Made by a program: the position numbers and the translations under genes. Under the pieces are notes generated by a model that was given only the letters and a program-made list of their open reading frames with translations, made no database searches and was not told where the DNA came from. 64,000 bases of DNA from Isurus oxyrinchus (taxonomy: Eukaryota): the NCBI GenBank assembly GCA_026770705.1, contig JANJGN010000323.1, forward strand, positions 496,001 to 560,000, read 5' to 3'. How positions within the stretch are numbered: the first letter of the stretch is position 1; each line of letters begins with the position of its first letter. Shown here piece by piece: positions 23,910-38,195 of this stretch.

Positions 23910-24050
23910 CACTTCCTCATTTTGTCTCACAGTGACACATCCACCCTTTCTAATTAAACACACAGAGGGGGCAGCACAGGAAGAGGTCATTCAGCCCAAG
24001 CAGAGCGTGTGGGCAGTTCCTCCCCAGGTGAGCAGTCGGACAGGTCCTGG
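23910..24050 (+). promoter_or_regulatory. Gene C promoter (PU.1 site intact, AP-1 changed to tgtctca) and non-coding first exon 23966-24050
   Basis: Homology to the other copies; gtaagt donor at 24051. Confidence 0.55.
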
Positions 24051-24500
24051 GTAAGTAACGGAACGATTGGAATTCACTTCCACCACCAACACCGTCCTTT
24101 GTTGATGTTGTGACTTTATAAAGACAGATTCCAATGATTGATGCCTTTGAAAGATTTCTACTGGTTATTGAGATCTGGGTGTGAGACTCAAGTCTGTTGT
24201 ACAGAACATCTTTCTAGCTCAAGGGATGAGGGAAGTGCAGAGACATGAGCTTTGGAACGTCTTGAGGTGGTGAAAGGTGCTATAGAAATGCAAATCCTTC
24301 AATGTTTTTCTTTCTAAAAGCCTTGTAACTCTCTGCAGAGCACCTATCATCCCACAGAGAATCAAATTAGTCTGTCAAGACATTGTCCAAAAACAGTTCT
24401 GATCTCTTGAGAGCTGTCGGACAAGAGGTGAGGTCTCATTAACTCCTTTCTCTTTCAGAGTTTGAGAGTCAGAAGCTTATGAATTATCTGGGAGTGGACA

Positions 24501-24540
24501 ATGATCGGGAAATCCTACTTCCTCCTGTCATTTCTCCAAG
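24501..24540 (+). pseudogene. Gene C: leader exon (MIGKSYFLLSFLQ)
   Basis: ATG, 40 nt, phase-1 donor gtaat. Confidence 0.75.
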
Positions 24541-26149
24541 GTAATAACATCATCAGCTCGGACAGGTTTATGGCTAATAGTCTTTGTAAAAAATCATTCT
24601 TATTGAGTGTGATTGGGAACCGATTCAGCAGTGAGCCAGTGTACAAACTCACACCAAGTCCCATTCACCCATCACCCCTGTGCTCACTGATATACACTGA
24701 CTCCCTGTCTGACAGCAGAATTGGAGGAGAGCAGAGATCTCAGAGGGTTTTAGGGTTGGAGGAGGTTACAGGGATCGGGAGTGTAGAGGGGGGATGGTGG
24801 GGTAAGAAATCGATGATGAGAATTTGAAATTTGAGTCATTGCTGGACTGGGAGCCAGTGTAGTTCAGCCAGTGACAGGGGAGCGATCGGCTGAATAGAGA
24901 ATCAGGAATACCAACTGGGGGATGAAGTCTATCCTGATGCTGGGACTCGGATAACAATGCCCTGAAATTTTGTGTCTTTTGCTGATTTTGTCAGAATTTC
25001 CCATGAAGACAACACAGCAGCTCCTAGAATAGACAGGCTGTTCAGTGTCACACTTCCTGCCCATTCTCACCATGCTAGATACTTCAATAAGGGAGCAAGA
25101 TAACTGAAAGAGAGAAGGAAGGTTAAGCTGTCTGTGTGTAAAACTGTCAAATATTCTGAGTTATCATGATTGTCTCTGATCTGCTGCAGAGTTTAAAGTT
25201 CTCAGAACATTAGCACTTTGCAGCTCAGAGAGAGACCATTGACTCACTGCCTGAAAGGCCGGTGGAAGCAGATTCAACAGGAACTTTCAGAAGGGGAACT
25301 AGATAAATACTTGAAGGGGACATTTTGCAGGGCTGTGGAGGAGAGAGCAGAGGTTAGAGTGGGATTAATTGGACAGATCTTTCAAAGACCCAGCACAGGC
25401 TCGATGGGCGAAATGGCATCCTTCTGTTCCGGATCATTCTACAATCTGATAAATTAAGCCCCACATCAGTAACTCTTCAGGCTCCTGCTGCAGGGATGGA
25501 TCTTTGAGAAGGACAGGGAACAAGAGGTTTCTGGTATCATTTTCATATTTCTTGACAATTACATAAGTGTATAGATCTGTTGAATATTTGAGTCTCTAAA
25601 GCGTAGAGGTAATCTGCTGTTATGTCGAGATCTTGTGGTGGCAAAATAGTCTGGAGGTTTCTTTAATTGCTCACATTGATCTGTGGGATTGTCATTCTTC
25701 GACGTTGTCCCTGGTTTCAATTGACATTACACCCTTGATGCAATTGAGGAGGCTTTAAACTAAGATGGCAGGGGATGGGATCCCGAGAGGAGGTTCAACA
25801 GAGAGAGATGCACAGCCAAAATTAGAAGAGAGAGCAAATGAACCTGGAAGGCATAGAAATTATTGGCCATTTAAGGCTCAAGATAGCGTGGCAAAGTTGG
25901 ATTGTATTAATTTTAATGCAAGGAGTCTGACAGACTTGCATTCTCCTGCAGGTGTAATGTTGCAGCTCCCTTCAAACTGCCAATATTGTTGAATCCTTCT
26001 GCATATTTCAATGTTATGTCATGAACTGAGTTGATGGGATAGTTTCTGAGACCGGGACAGACATAAATCCATTGGCTTTCGGCCGGACCGGACAATCATG
26101 GAAGTGGGTGGGGCCAGAAAATCCCACCCCTATGGGAACATTTTCAGTT

Positions 26150-27900
26150 TATTTGATGTGCCCAGAGAGATCAATAAAGACGACAATCCACAATTTATTG
26201 GCAAGCCACGTCAGGATATGTGTGAGAGGTGGAATATTGATCACCGTTCCTAGTCTCGTCGTGTACATCATCGCCATTTCTTGGTTTGTCAGTCACCACA
26301 TGTATATGTTCCTGATGGGATAGCGGATGGTCATTTTTATTGCTTGAAGGTTCCCCGTTGTGCAGGGTTTGTTTGGATCAGCGCACGGCTCTTTGTAGCT
26401 GCATCAGCCTTTGCTCTAGTGCCCTGCCGCTGTCAATGGCCCTTTCTGCCACAAGCCTTGCAGGATTGGTGGAAAGCTGGGCATTTCCTTGGTGCCTGCA
26501 GAAGGCCACACCTTCCACACGTCTCACTAGGTTTGGATGTTCTAGTGAGTGTGTCAACAATTGATGTTGTACTGAGGATCTGTAAGCTTCGTTGACCTGC
26601 GAGGATCACTTCGTATTTATGTCCATCCTTGAGTAGCTCTTCAATGCTATATGTTTTGGTCTTATCTAGCAGAGCTTTCTGGAAGGCTTCCATGGGAGTG
26701 GATGCGATCACCAACTCAACAACTGTGTCTGCAGGCTCTGTGTTTGAAATCACAGTGCGTACCCTTTTCTCTACATCGGCTGATGAAGTGGTCTATGGAT
26801 TGTGTAGGCTGATGAAATGACATAAACTCTAGATGATGAATATGGAGTTTAACGTGATTCTGAACCTGTCTTCCAATGTCGTCCATATCTATTGGGAATC
26901 CTTTCACTCTTCTGCTGTTAATCCTGATGTGTTCAGCCTGTGTAGACCTTCATTCCCAATCGCGAGGTGAATTTTTATGGGTGGCTCGTCTGGTTCAGTC
27001 ACACCTGAATCAGGAAACCAGAGCTCTGTACGCTGTTTAAACATTCTGAATTCAGATAGTCGGTCAGCTACATCCCAGTTCAAACTGGGGAATTTCGTGG
27101 ACATTCTGACAATATTCCTTTGACATTCCTTCTCCTGCAGGATCTGGGATGAGTGTCGCTTTAGCCCCTTTCGTGTGCTTTTCCAAAGCTCCGCCCACAA
27201 GGACAGGTTGTGGCAGGAACACACCACATAGTAATGGCGTCTTTGTTTTTTATTCAATTTGCTGTTCAGCAATCTCGAAACCGCCCATTATAATCACTAA
27301 CTTCTCTGGGCTGATTTTTATAATGGTTTTTGTGTGTTTGACTCTCCCTCGCTCACTATCGATCCAGCCCACACCCTGGTCACTCGCCTTCCCTGACTGA
27401 GCTAACCCGCTGCTGGTCCTGGCGATACACACTGTCCCACTCACTGACCTACAGGCCGTGTGCTGTAATCTCACCAAGAGGGATCCGTCTGCTCCCCAGC
27501 TCTTTACTTGAGCTCTTTCCCATCACTGTGTCTTCAAAGGATTCCTGAGCAGTCAGTACACTGCGATTTCAACCCTCTCTGATGCTGTGTCTCTGTTGTG
27601 GTCTGACCAAAGCGTCGAGGGTCGTCTCAAGTCATGTAGCTTGATCTAAGGCTGTTCACCACGTCATACCTGTACTGAATCTTGCTGCCAGAATGTTTGG
27701 CCACCGCTCATCACCATGTTGTGTTTTTATAATGATATAAAGGCACCAGCCACTGATACGGAATTGGGTAAACACATTTTGGGTTCATTTATTTAGAATG
27801 GGGACATGAGAACAGATATACAAGGATAGAAAGCTGGGAGACACCTACGGCCAAACTGTGTGAGCTGTGTTCTGCTCACAGACCAAAGTGAAACTTGGAC
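26150..27900 (-). mobile_element. Ty3/Gypsy-type LTR retrotransposon remnant (gag with paired zinc knuckles; probable PBS near 27700-27716)
   Basis: CGRCG...CPAFHQSCKACGRKGH knuckles; upstream gag-like peptide (SEFRMFKQRTELWF...IGNEG); minus-strand ...aaca-TGGTGATGAG junction; boundaries approximate. Confidence 0.7.
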
Positions 27901-30527
27901 TGGATGGTGTTATCATCCCAGCTGATGTTACTACTGGGCAAGTCAGATCCCAGGGTGGAACTCAGCTTGATAGGTCCTAACTTTTATTTTTCATTTAGGA
28001 ATGTGGAGTGCGGCTACTGAACAGAGTCACAGGAGTCATCTGATGAACATCTCACAAAAGAATAAAACATTTATTAAACTAGGAAAGACAAACTATATTA
28101 CATTCCTCCTTCACCCAGACCTATACATTTACAGATTCATAAGGATAACACACTACAATAACTATTTTATACTCTCATGTTCACACTAAGTACACAGTCG
28201 ATGTAAACCAATAGATGAACTCTGGTCACCACATTCTGAGACCAAGTGACAGAACCCACGTGAAACAAATGCTCTGGGTCCCTCCTCAACCTACTCCAGA
28301 CACTTGTTACACCGTGAGGCAACTGGTCTAACGAAACTGCATCTTTCTCATGAGAGTTTCCAATCTCTACTCACCAAGTGCTCTCTTTGGAATCTTCTCC
28401 AACATGACACTTTCACTCAGACACCTTCCACAAGGGTCCACTTTCACTATTTCAAACTCTCCTTCCCATGTTCCTGCGCCCTGGATCGCCATGTGCATTC
28501 AGCCTTCCTTCCACGCCCTGTCTCTCCAATGCTCAGCCGTGCCAATGGAACACCATGGCTTCACATGGCCAGAGTAAGAGACATCAACATTTGGCTGTCT
28601 CCTGTGATCTTCTGGCTTCTAATAAGCCTTTTTTGCTTTATGTCTGTGTCCTTTTGCTTTTTCTCTTTTAGCTTGGATCCCTCCTCTGCTCCTCAATCTT
28701 AACTTCACTTAACAGGGCCTTTTCCAGATTTGACTAGAAGGTCTTCTTGGCCCTTTCTCCTGTTCCACTCGATGGTTTTGGCTTCATCTTTACTTTGGGA
28801 CTGACTATCTGTCCCGCTCCTTTGCTGCTTCTCCTGGCAACTCCTTTCAACAGAACTGAATGTACTTTTCTGTTTTTCTCGGTCTCTGTGGGTCCTTCCC
28901 TCTGGATCACTGTTGCTAGGCAACAGCACAGTTTCTTACACCTTGTATTTGTTTTGACTTTCATTTAAGAGTCACCAAACATTATTAGAATGCTGGCTTC
29001 TGTAAAAATGAAACCAAAACTCAAGTCTCCCACTTTCCTAACACACAAATTCAGAAATCAAACTAAACTTGAACTTAAAGATAGACCTTATGCCTAACAC
29101 ACACAAATACACACAGAACTTCCTTAATCTATCCCCACTTCCTCAAAATCACATGACACACTTCCCCTCGAGTGATGCCATGCTGCTATCCCTGAAAGGC
29201 ATATTACAACAGTGTTATCACTTGGCAGGTGATGTGTGCCAGGCAGACCAAGTCCATGAGAGAAAGGTGGTCACATGATCATAATGATTTTGCAATTTGT
29301 ATTTATTATGAGATGTGTGCACTGAATTCAGAAGCAATAAGTCCACCAAGACCTTTAGAGATTTGAAAATTAAGCTAAAATACTTGTTCTCAAAATAAAA
29401 GATTTCAAGCACATACATAACTCTACAATTACCACTATAGTAATTCTTAAAATTCCAAATTAACCTGACTCCCAGTTACACTCCCTTTAAGGCAACGGTC
29501 CAAAAATAGACTTTATATTTAAAACAAACTCAGCAAGTTAACACAATACAATAGCAATACCCTGCACAGAGGAATTCCAAGTGGCTTTTCCCCAACTTCA
29601 GTTCTGTTGGATAGCAGGCTTGTGCACAAATGCTAGAGGTTTCATTAAGACTATATCACACACTCGTGTTAGATCTTACATGGCATTCTGACACATAGCC
29701 TTTTTCTCCCTGATAGATATATATTTCTCTCTTTGTAACATGAAAATTCTATTGTTCCATATGTTTTTGAAACTGTCTCTTCCTCATAACAAATTCTTTC
29801 GTGGTGCCCATATTGCCAGGAGCCTTTGAGAAAAATGAACACATTCCTTAGTCTTGCTTATCTGGCGAGTTGTAAACAAACTAAGATTCCTTTGAAATCC
29901 AACAACCCCTTCATTGATATAAAAATGCAAATTCTCTTCATACCTTCCATGCTAAGCAGCATCCATGTTTCCTCAATAGCATGTCAAGCACCTAGCTCCT
30001 TTTGATCATTTTAAACTTCCAATCTAATTAACTCCAAATGTACTTAAATCACATGCAGACCCATCATGCGTACCCCCATAAACCTACTTCACAATATACT
30101 ATAAAATATTATGAAAATTATTATACTTTCATCACAATAGGAACCACTGCCTTAGACACTGAGGATCTAGGACAGCTAGGCCAATTCATGATTCATGATG
30201 GTGATAATGGGGGAATTCTGAAGGCTCCTAATCCATTGTCCTACGTTGCAAATCAGCAGTGAACTCACTTCAATTAGTGCGTCTTGTAGACACTGTGTTG
30301 GGTGGAAGACTGGCTTCACTAAACAGGTTCCTGAGGGCCATGAGCCAATGTAGAATGAACTTGTCCACTCCTGTGTCCAGGATACTCTTCATTGTGTTGT
30401 GAAACCTTGGGGCACTCATTGTGAGTCCAGACTGCAGCCACTGTGCCCCAGTGAAGGAGGGGGTGGATATCGAGTCTAGTGGATTGACAAAACATTCAGA
30501 GTTAAATATTGATATTTCTCTCCCTAG

Positions 30528-30902
30528 CTGGACTACCACAAGAGTGGAAAGGTGACACTCCACGAGAGGTGACAGCGCAGGAAGGTTCGTGTGTACAGAT
30601 TCCATGTCATTACAGCTACCCATCATATTTAGTATCGAGATCACCTGTCAGAATCTGGTAGATGAGAAGGAATTGGGAAACATGGAATGAATGGTCTATA
30701 GCCTTTCACTCCAAGGATCATAATCGCAAGTTACCACGGTTCCTCCATCGGACTCAGCTGTCTGGAGACCTGAAAGATGGTGACTGTTCCCTGATTATAA
30801 ACAACATCAGACAGGAAGATGAAGGATATTATTTTTTCAGAATAGAATTTGACAACAGGAATAGATACAACGACCGTCCTGAAACCCAGCTTCAGGTTTC
30901 TG
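30528..30902 (+). pseudogene. Gene C: V-set exon 1 with in-frame TAG
   Basis: Siglec V motifs incl. YFFRIE; TAG at 30659-30661. Confidence 0.88.
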
Positions 30903-31119
30903 GTAAGTGCTGTGTTATAATTACTCAACAATTCACATCCAACACTCAATGGGAAATAATAGTGTTTGATTTGCTTGTTTTTTGGCCGTGTTAACCAGCG
31001 TCACTATTTTTAATGATCTGTCTATTTCTGCTCCCAGATCCATGAGCTTATTGTGTGTGATTGAATCCACATCATAGCTGTAATGTAAACCGAGCTGAGG
31101 GGTAATGACACCTCCCCCC

Positions 31120-32780
31120 TGAGTGAAGTGCCTCCTCCCCACTACACCTTCCAACCCTCACACTGTCCGTGTAAACCCCATCCCATCTCCAGCCTCTCTT
31201 TCCTCTCCAAAGTCCTTGTACGTGTTTCCATCTCCCGAATCCGTTCCCATCTTTCCCGGAACTCGATGTTTGAATCCCTCCAATCAGGTTCCCACCCCAG
31301 CCACTGTGCTGAAACATCTCTTATCAAGGTCACAAATGGCATCCTGTGTGACTGTGACAAAGGTCAACTTTCCCTCCTCGTCCTTCTCGATCTGTCTGCA
31401 GCCTTTGACACGCTCGACCACACCATCCTCCTCCAACACCTCTCCACTGTCGTCCAGCTGGGTGGGACTGCTCTCCCCTGGCTCCATTCTTATCCATCTC
31501 ATCGTAGCCAGAGAATCACTTGCAATGGCTTTGCAGCATCATCTGAACAGTGTTAGTTTTCACCTGTCCACTGAGGATCCCCAGCTCTACCTCACCACCA
31601 CCTCTCTCGACTCCTCCACTGCTGCTAAATTATCAGGCTGCTTATCCGACATCCAGTACTGGATGGGCAGAAATTCCCTCCAATTAAATATTGGAAAGAC
31701 TGAAGCCATTGTCTTCATTCCCCGCTCCAAACTCTGTTCCCTCGCTACCAACTCCATTCCTCTCCCTGGCAGCTCTCTGAGATTGAAGCCAATCTGTTCA
31801 CAGCTTTGTTGTCCCATTTGATCCTGAGATGAGCTTCTGGCCTCATATCTGCGCCCTCACTAACACCGTCTATTTCCACCTGCGTAACATCGCACGACAT
31901 CACCCTGTCTCAGCTCATCTGCTGCTGAAACCCTCATCCACGCCTTCATTACCTCCAGACTCGACTGTTCCAACACACGCTCTACACTCCATAAACTTGA
32001 GGCCATCGAAAACTGCTGACCACGTCCTTACTCACACCAAGTCCCATTCCCTTATCACCCGCTCTGCTCGATGACCGAGACTGGCTCCTGGTCAAGCAAA
32101 GTCTCAATGTCACAATTTTCATCTTTGTTTCCTCACTATCCCTGTAATCTCCTCGTCCTCCTCCAGTACCTACAACCATCCCATTCTCTGTAACCTCTTC
32201 AAGCTTCTGCTGCTTCCCTATATCTGTAAAATCATCCTGCCCAACAAACCTACCAATCTCTGCAACCTCCTCCAGTCACTACAACCCTCCCTACCTCTGC
32301 AAACTCCTCCATACCCTACACTCTCCCAATCTCTCTTAAATTTTCCAGCCCCTACAACCGTCCCTATCTCTGTAACTCCTCCAATCACTACAACCCTCCC
32401 TATCTCTGTAACCTCCTCCAGCCCCTCCAACCCTCTGAGGTCTCTGCTCTCCTCCAATTCCAGCCTCTTGACCATCCCCCGATCCCATCGCTGCAACATC
32501 GGCGGCCGTGCCTTCAGCTGCCTGGGACCCAAGCTCTGTAATACCCTGCCTCAACCCCTCTCCGTCCCTCTCTCTCACTCTCTCTATCTCTCTATCTCTA
32601 TCTCTCTCTCTCTCACTATCCATTTCATCCCTCTTTGAAGATTCTCCATAACACCGACCTCTTCTGGCCAGCTGTCGCTAATATCTCCACATGTGTCTGG
32701 GTGACATACTTTGTTTTATGATGTTCCTGTGTAGCACCTTGAGGTGATTTGTCATGTTAAAGTTGTTGTGTAAATATAAC
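31120..32780 (+). mobile_element. L2 LINE fragment (RT and 3' region)
   Basis: LQSG...AETSLIKVTN...LVLLDLSAAFDTLDH; WMGRNSLQLNIGKTE. Confidence 0.85.
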
Positions 32781-33334
32781 TTGTTGCCCTTTGACCCTCG
32801 ACCCCAGATCGAGTCTTATTTTTGAGGGAATGTACAACCTCCTTAGATTTCTGACCAAAGTGTCATTTGATTATTTTTATTGAGCGAATGCCAAGCCCCG
32901 ATACCGAGCGAGAGCCTCCTCATTTGCTGAGTTTAAGGTGATGAGTCAGCCCCTTAGTCCGTAGAGGGGATTCTCCTCGGTAATGTGCAGCCTTGTTTGT
33001 GTCTCTCCACAAGCGCATGAGGGGTTTGTACAGAGGCTGCAGCGCTGGAGGGGGTCTGCACAGGGGTCCTGGCCTGTCCTGAGCCGGTTTTAGCAAGGAC
33101 CACTCTGGCCTTGGCAGCTGAAAGCCAGCCATTGGACAGACGGGGCCTGTCACAAGGAGCCTGTTAGTCACTCCCCCCCCGTGTCTCCTGTGCTCGGATC
33201 CAGACCATGTTGGCTGGTGGATCTGGCTCAGGAAGGGTCCTCCCCATGGGACCCCCAGATGGAAGGTGGGTCGAGCGGGTCATTCACTTGCATGTTTTTT
33301 CTGCAGCTTTAATATTTTAAGAAGGTAAGAATGT

Positions 33335-34100
33335 AGGAACATAAGAAATAGGGACAGGAGCAGGCCATTCAGCCCCTCGAGCCTGCTCTCACTGATCTAG
33401 TTGCGGCCTTAACTCCATTTTCCTGCCTGTCCCCCAAACCCTTGACTCCCTTGTCGATCAAAAACCTGCCTCACTCAGCCTTGAGTCTATTCAATGGCCC
33501 AGCCTCCACTGCTCTCTGGGGAAGAGAATTCCACAGGCTAGCGCCCCTCTGAGAGAGGAAATTCCTCCTCATCTCAGTCTTAAATGGGAGAGCACTCATT
33601 CCGAAACTGTGCTCCCCGGTTCTAGATTCCCCCACGAGGGGGAAACATCCTCCCAAAATCCACCCTGTCAAGCCCCCTCGGAATCGGATATGTTTCAATA
33701 AGGTCACCCCTCATTCTTCTAAACTCCAATGGATACAGGCCCAACCTGCTCAACATTTCCTCACAGGACAAACCCTTTAATCCCAGGAATCAGCCCAGTG
33801 AAGCTTCTCTGAACTGCCTCCAATGCAGAGTCTATCCCTCCCTAAGTAAGGAGACCAGAACTGTACACACTGCTCCTGATACAATCTCAACCTGTGCAGC
33901 TGTTGCAAGACTTCCCTCCTTTTATACTCCATCCCATTGCAATGAAGGCCAACATTCCACTTGCCTTCCTCATTCCGTGGTGTTCCTGAATGCTGACTTT
34001 CTGTGATTCATGTACCAGGACACCCAGATCCCTCTGTACTGCATTCTGCAGCCTCTCTCCATTTAAATAATATCCTGTTTTTCTATTCTTCCTGCCAATA
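33335..34100 (-). mobile_element. CR1 LINE 3' fragment
   Basis: YYLNGERLQ..VQRDLGVLVHESQK; EMRRNFLSQR..LWNSLP; CR1-like tail at 33335-33390. Confidence 0.85.
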
Positions 34101-34219
34101 TAATTTGTTGCCATTCTCCTCAGTATTGACCATCCCCCCAATTCAGCCTCATCTGTAAATATCGGGTTCAGTGGATCCACAAACCTTCCAGAGTTAAATA
34201 TTGAGTTTTCTCTCCCCAG

Positions 34220-34596
34220 TTGGACTGTCACAAGAGTGGAAAGGTGACACTCCACGAGAGGTGACAGCGCAGGAAGGTTCGTGTGTACAGATCCATGTCA
34301 TTACAGTTACCCATCACATTTGGTAAAGAAAACACATGTCGGAATCTGGTAAATGAGGAGGTACATACAGAACAAATGGTCTAAATGGTCTATAGCCTTT
34401 CACTCCAAGGATCACAGTCACGAGTTACCATGGTTCCACCATCGGACCCGGCTATCTGGAGACCTGAAAGATGGCGACTGTTCCCTGATTATAAACAACA
34501 TCAGACGGGAAGATGCAGGACCTTATTTTTTCAGAATAGAATTTGACAATGGTCCGAGCCATAACTATTACCCTGTAACCCAGCTTCACGTTTCTG
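34220..34596 (+). pseudogene. Gene C: V-set exon 2 (1-bp deletion, TAA, dead donor)
   Basis: cagatcc vs cagattcc near 34292; TAA at 34350-34352; donor gtaag changed to ataag. Confidence 0.88.
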
Positions 34597-35409
34597 ATAA
34601 GTGCTGTGTTATAATTACTCAACAATTCACATCCAACACTCAATGGGAAATAACACAAACTCTGACGTTTACATATTAACACAAAACACAGCTTATTATA
34701 ACATACTGTCTGATTCTCAATATCCTGGTGAGAGCTTCCAGTTCAATCTGAAAGCAACCTCTAATACTCACTTTAATATCAATGATTAAATGTATTGACC
34801 GTGTACATCAATGTTATCAGGTTATCCACTCCCATCGATCTCCATAACCCTGTATGACAGTCTTACATTTCGACTAAAGATAGATTCACATTTCTATAGC
34901 GCCTTTCAACACCTCTGTACATCGCAAATGGATTCACAACCAATGAAATAATTCTTGAAATGAAGACCTTGTTGTAATCTGGGAAACACAATCGCCAATT
35001 TGTTCACAGGAATCTCCCAGAAAAGGTGATGTGATCAATAACCTGATCATCTGCTTTAGATGCCGGTTCAGTTATTGGTTCAAATGGATTCTCTCCTGCT
35101 GGGGACAGGATAAAATTTAAATCTGGCAGATTTCAGAGAAAGTAACAAGCCAGTGTGTCAGGAACTGTGAGCTGCTCCCCCACCCTCACCTGGGATTGTC
35201 AATTCAATTGTCTCAAATTGGAAGTGAATTCATCTGAGAGACAGAAACACCACTAAGTCTGAAAATAGGAAATTCTCTCCTGATCATTGTAATCTCTCAG
35301 TTCTGATATCATCCTTGTAAAAGTGCTTTCTCTTGTGGGACTGTGATTTCTATTTGAACTGGTGCTTCACATTATATTTCTCTAAAAGGATCCATTCTCT
35401 GTCTGTTAG

Positions 35410-35704
35410 ATTTCACAGATAAACCCACGATATTCCCTGCTGAAATTATTGCAGGAAAGCGTGTGGATGTAAGCTGCACCTTCAACACAACGTGCAATGG
35501 AACAGGAGCACCTGTCTTAACCTGGGACACTCCCACTGACGTACCTGGATCAGTCTCAAACACTGTAACTCAGCATGGTGTCACTCTGACCTATACTTCT
35601 GTTCTGACCCTGATCCCATCACTCAAACACCATGGACACAGTCTCAGCTGCAGAGTGAGATATCCATCTGTTTCATTGGAGCGGACCCTCGTACTAACTG
35701 TGCA
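35410..35704 (+). pseudogene. Gene C: second Ig (C2) exon, donor deleted
   Basis: Matches 52864-53160 but a short deletion removes ag|gtaag... Confidence 0.85.
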
Positions 35705-35877
35705 TTCTATATTAGCGGTATTAGGATATAATGTGCAGAGCAAGATCCCACAAACATCACTTGAAGACAAAACTTGTCCTTTTCTAATGAGTGATATTGA
35801 GCAGGGAGAGCTCTTCCTTGTATTGACCCTTGGGATTGTTTATCCCAACCTGATAGGTCAGAGGGGGCCCAGGTTGT

Positions 35878-35944
35878 GACTATCAGTGTGTGGCAGAGAA
35901 TGAACATGGAGCAGTGGAGGGGTTCATAACCATCACTGTGGAAT
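35878..35944 (+). pseudogene. Gene C: 3' remnant of a repeat C2 exon
   Basis: DYQCVAENEHGAVEGFITITVE|gtgagt only. Confidence 0.8.
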
Positions 35945-35959
35945 GTGAGTGTGGAGATA

Positions 35960-36272
35960 CATTTGTTTGGTTGTTGTCTCCGTGGTCTCCGTGGAGCCAT
36001 TGGGATCGTGTTGTTTTTAATCCAGTTTTCTTCAATCCTCGCTCAGTCCACGTTATCCACACATCCAATTTTTCCTCTCCCTTTCTGTTTTTGCTCTCAG
36101 TTTCTCCTTCAATGGTTGTCAGGACAAGGCTGTCAGGTCTTCGTTTCCAATCTCCGTACTTGACGAACTTTCTCTCTCTAACTGTCCTGAACAACCCTTT
36201 TAATTGCTGAACGTCTCCTCTTGATCTAAGCCACTCATTGGTCTTTCTGTACATCCAGCTGATTCTGAGCAT
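35960..36272 (-). mobile_element. RTE-like LINE 3' fragment (also at 63840-64000)
   Basis: MLRISWMYRKTNEW...IEG..RKG peptide. Confidence 0.55.
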
Positions 36273-37330
36273 CTGGCAGCATCTGTGGAGAGAAAGACAG
36301 GGTTAGCGTTTGGAGTCCGTAAGACTCCTCTTCAGAGCTAAAGGGAAGTAGACATGTGGTGAAATATATCCTGTCTAAGGGGGGGCGATGGGACAGGTGG
36401 AGCTGGATAGAAAACCAGCGATAGGTGGAGGCAATGGAGAGATTGTGGAAGATGTCATAAACACAAGGTCAAAGGGTTGTTAACAGTGGTGGTATTGGAT
36501 AAAGGAGGTGCTAATGGTGACATTAAGCAGAGTGTGATAATGGGGGACCAGGGTAAGCACTCTGGAAAGAGACAGATGGCCCTCGTGGGGGTGTGGCAGG
36601 GGGAGGGGACGGTGGAGGGAATAAAGATCGAAAATAGACTAAAATCTGTGGATAAAACAATCAATAAAAATGGAAATGAATTTCAAATAATAGTAATAAA
36701 AATAAGTGGAAAACAGTTAACAAATAAAACAATTAAAATGAATATATAAAAAAAGGGTTCAAAAAGCAGTGAAGATCGAGGAGAGAGTTCATGATCTGAA
36801 ATTGTTGAACTCAATATTCAGTCGGGAAGGCTGTAAAGTGCCAGGTCGGAAGATGAGGTGTTGTTCCTCCAGTTTGCGTTGGGCTTCACTGGAACAATGC
36901 AGCAGGCCAAGGACGGACATGTGGGCATGAGAGCAGGGTGGGGTGTTAAAATGGCAAGCGACAGGGAGGTCTGGGTCATGCTTGTGGACAGACCGAAGGT
37001 GTTCATCAGAGCGATCACCCAGTCTGTGTTTGGTGTCTCCAATGAAGAGGAAACCACATTGGGAGCAGCGAATGCAGTAGATTAAATTGAAGGAAGTCTG
37101 CATGAAGCGCTGCTTCACCTGGAAGGAGTGTTTGGGTCATTGGACAGTGAGGGGGGAGGAAGTAAAGGGGCAGGTGTTGCACCTTCTGCAAATACATGGG
37201 AAGATGTCATCGGAGAGGGTTGAGGTGCTAGGGGTGATGGAGGAGTGGACCAGGGTGTCCTGGAGGGAATGATCCCTGTGGAATGCCAACGGGGTGGGGG
37301 TGAAGGGAAGATGCTTTTGGTGGTGGTCAG
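36272..37330 (-). mobile_element. Penelope-like element fragment (GIY-YIG endonuclease)
   Basis: LIYCIRCSQCGFLFIGDTKHRLGDR..EH; homologous to 59332-60078. Confidence 0.85.
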
Positions 37331-37479
37331 ATTTTGTCCGAAGGAGGTGAGAAATGAGGGAGGGAATTCCAGAGGTTAGGATCCAGGCAGCTGAAGGCAC
37401 GGCTGCCAATGGTGGAGCGATAGGAATCGGGGGAATGTCAAGAAGCTGGAATTGGAGGTGCACAGAGATCTCGGAGGGT

Positions 37480-37885
37480 TGTAGAGGCTGGAGGAGTTTA
37501 CAGAGATAAGGAAGGTTGAAGGGGCTGGAGGAGGTTACAGAGATAGGGACGGTTGAATCGGCTGGATGAGGTTACAGAGATAAGGAAGGTTGTAGGGGCT
37601 GGAGGAGGTTACAGAGATAGGGAGGGTTGTAAGGGCTGGATGAGGTTACAGAGATAGGGAGGGTTGAAGGGGCTGGAGGAGGTTACAGAGATAGGGAGGG
37701 TTGAAGGTTCTGGAGGAGTTTACAGAGATAGGGAGGGTTGAAGGGGCTGGAGGAGGTTACTGAGATAGGGAGGGTTGTAGGGGCTGGAGGAGGTTACAGA
37801 GATAGAGAGGGTTGAAGGGGCTGGAGGAGGTTACAGAGATAGGGAGGGTTGAAGGGTCTGAAGGAGGTATCAGAGATAGGGAGGG
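37480..37885 (+). repeat. 37-bp minisatellite (ggagggttgaaggggctggaggaggttacagagatag) within an L2-like fragment
   Basis: ~10 copies; reverse complement of the motif in the L2 3' region near 32390-32430. Confidence 0.9.
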
Positions 37886-38195
37886 GGTAAGGAGGGATTT
37901 GAAACAATGTGAATTTTAAAATTGTGGCATTGTCGGACCGGGAGCCAGTGTACCTCAGTGACCAACAGGGAGTGATGTGTGAACGGGACTCGGTGTGAGT
38001 TAGGACATGGGGACAGCAGAGTTTGGGATGAGCTGATGTTTACGGAGAGTGGAAGATGGGAGGTCGGGCAGGAGAGTGTTGGGATAGTTGAGTGCAGAGG
38101 TAACAAAGGCAGGAATGAGTGTTTCAGTGTTAAGATTCTATCTTACGCTCTAACTTTGCTATGACGTTGTCTTATTGTTATCCTTCCCTCCTCAG

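Noticed and set aside
27908-30135. Two further LTR-like segments starting tgttatca
   Set aside because: TG...CA-like ends but no convincing TSD or coding evidence; boundaries too uncertain
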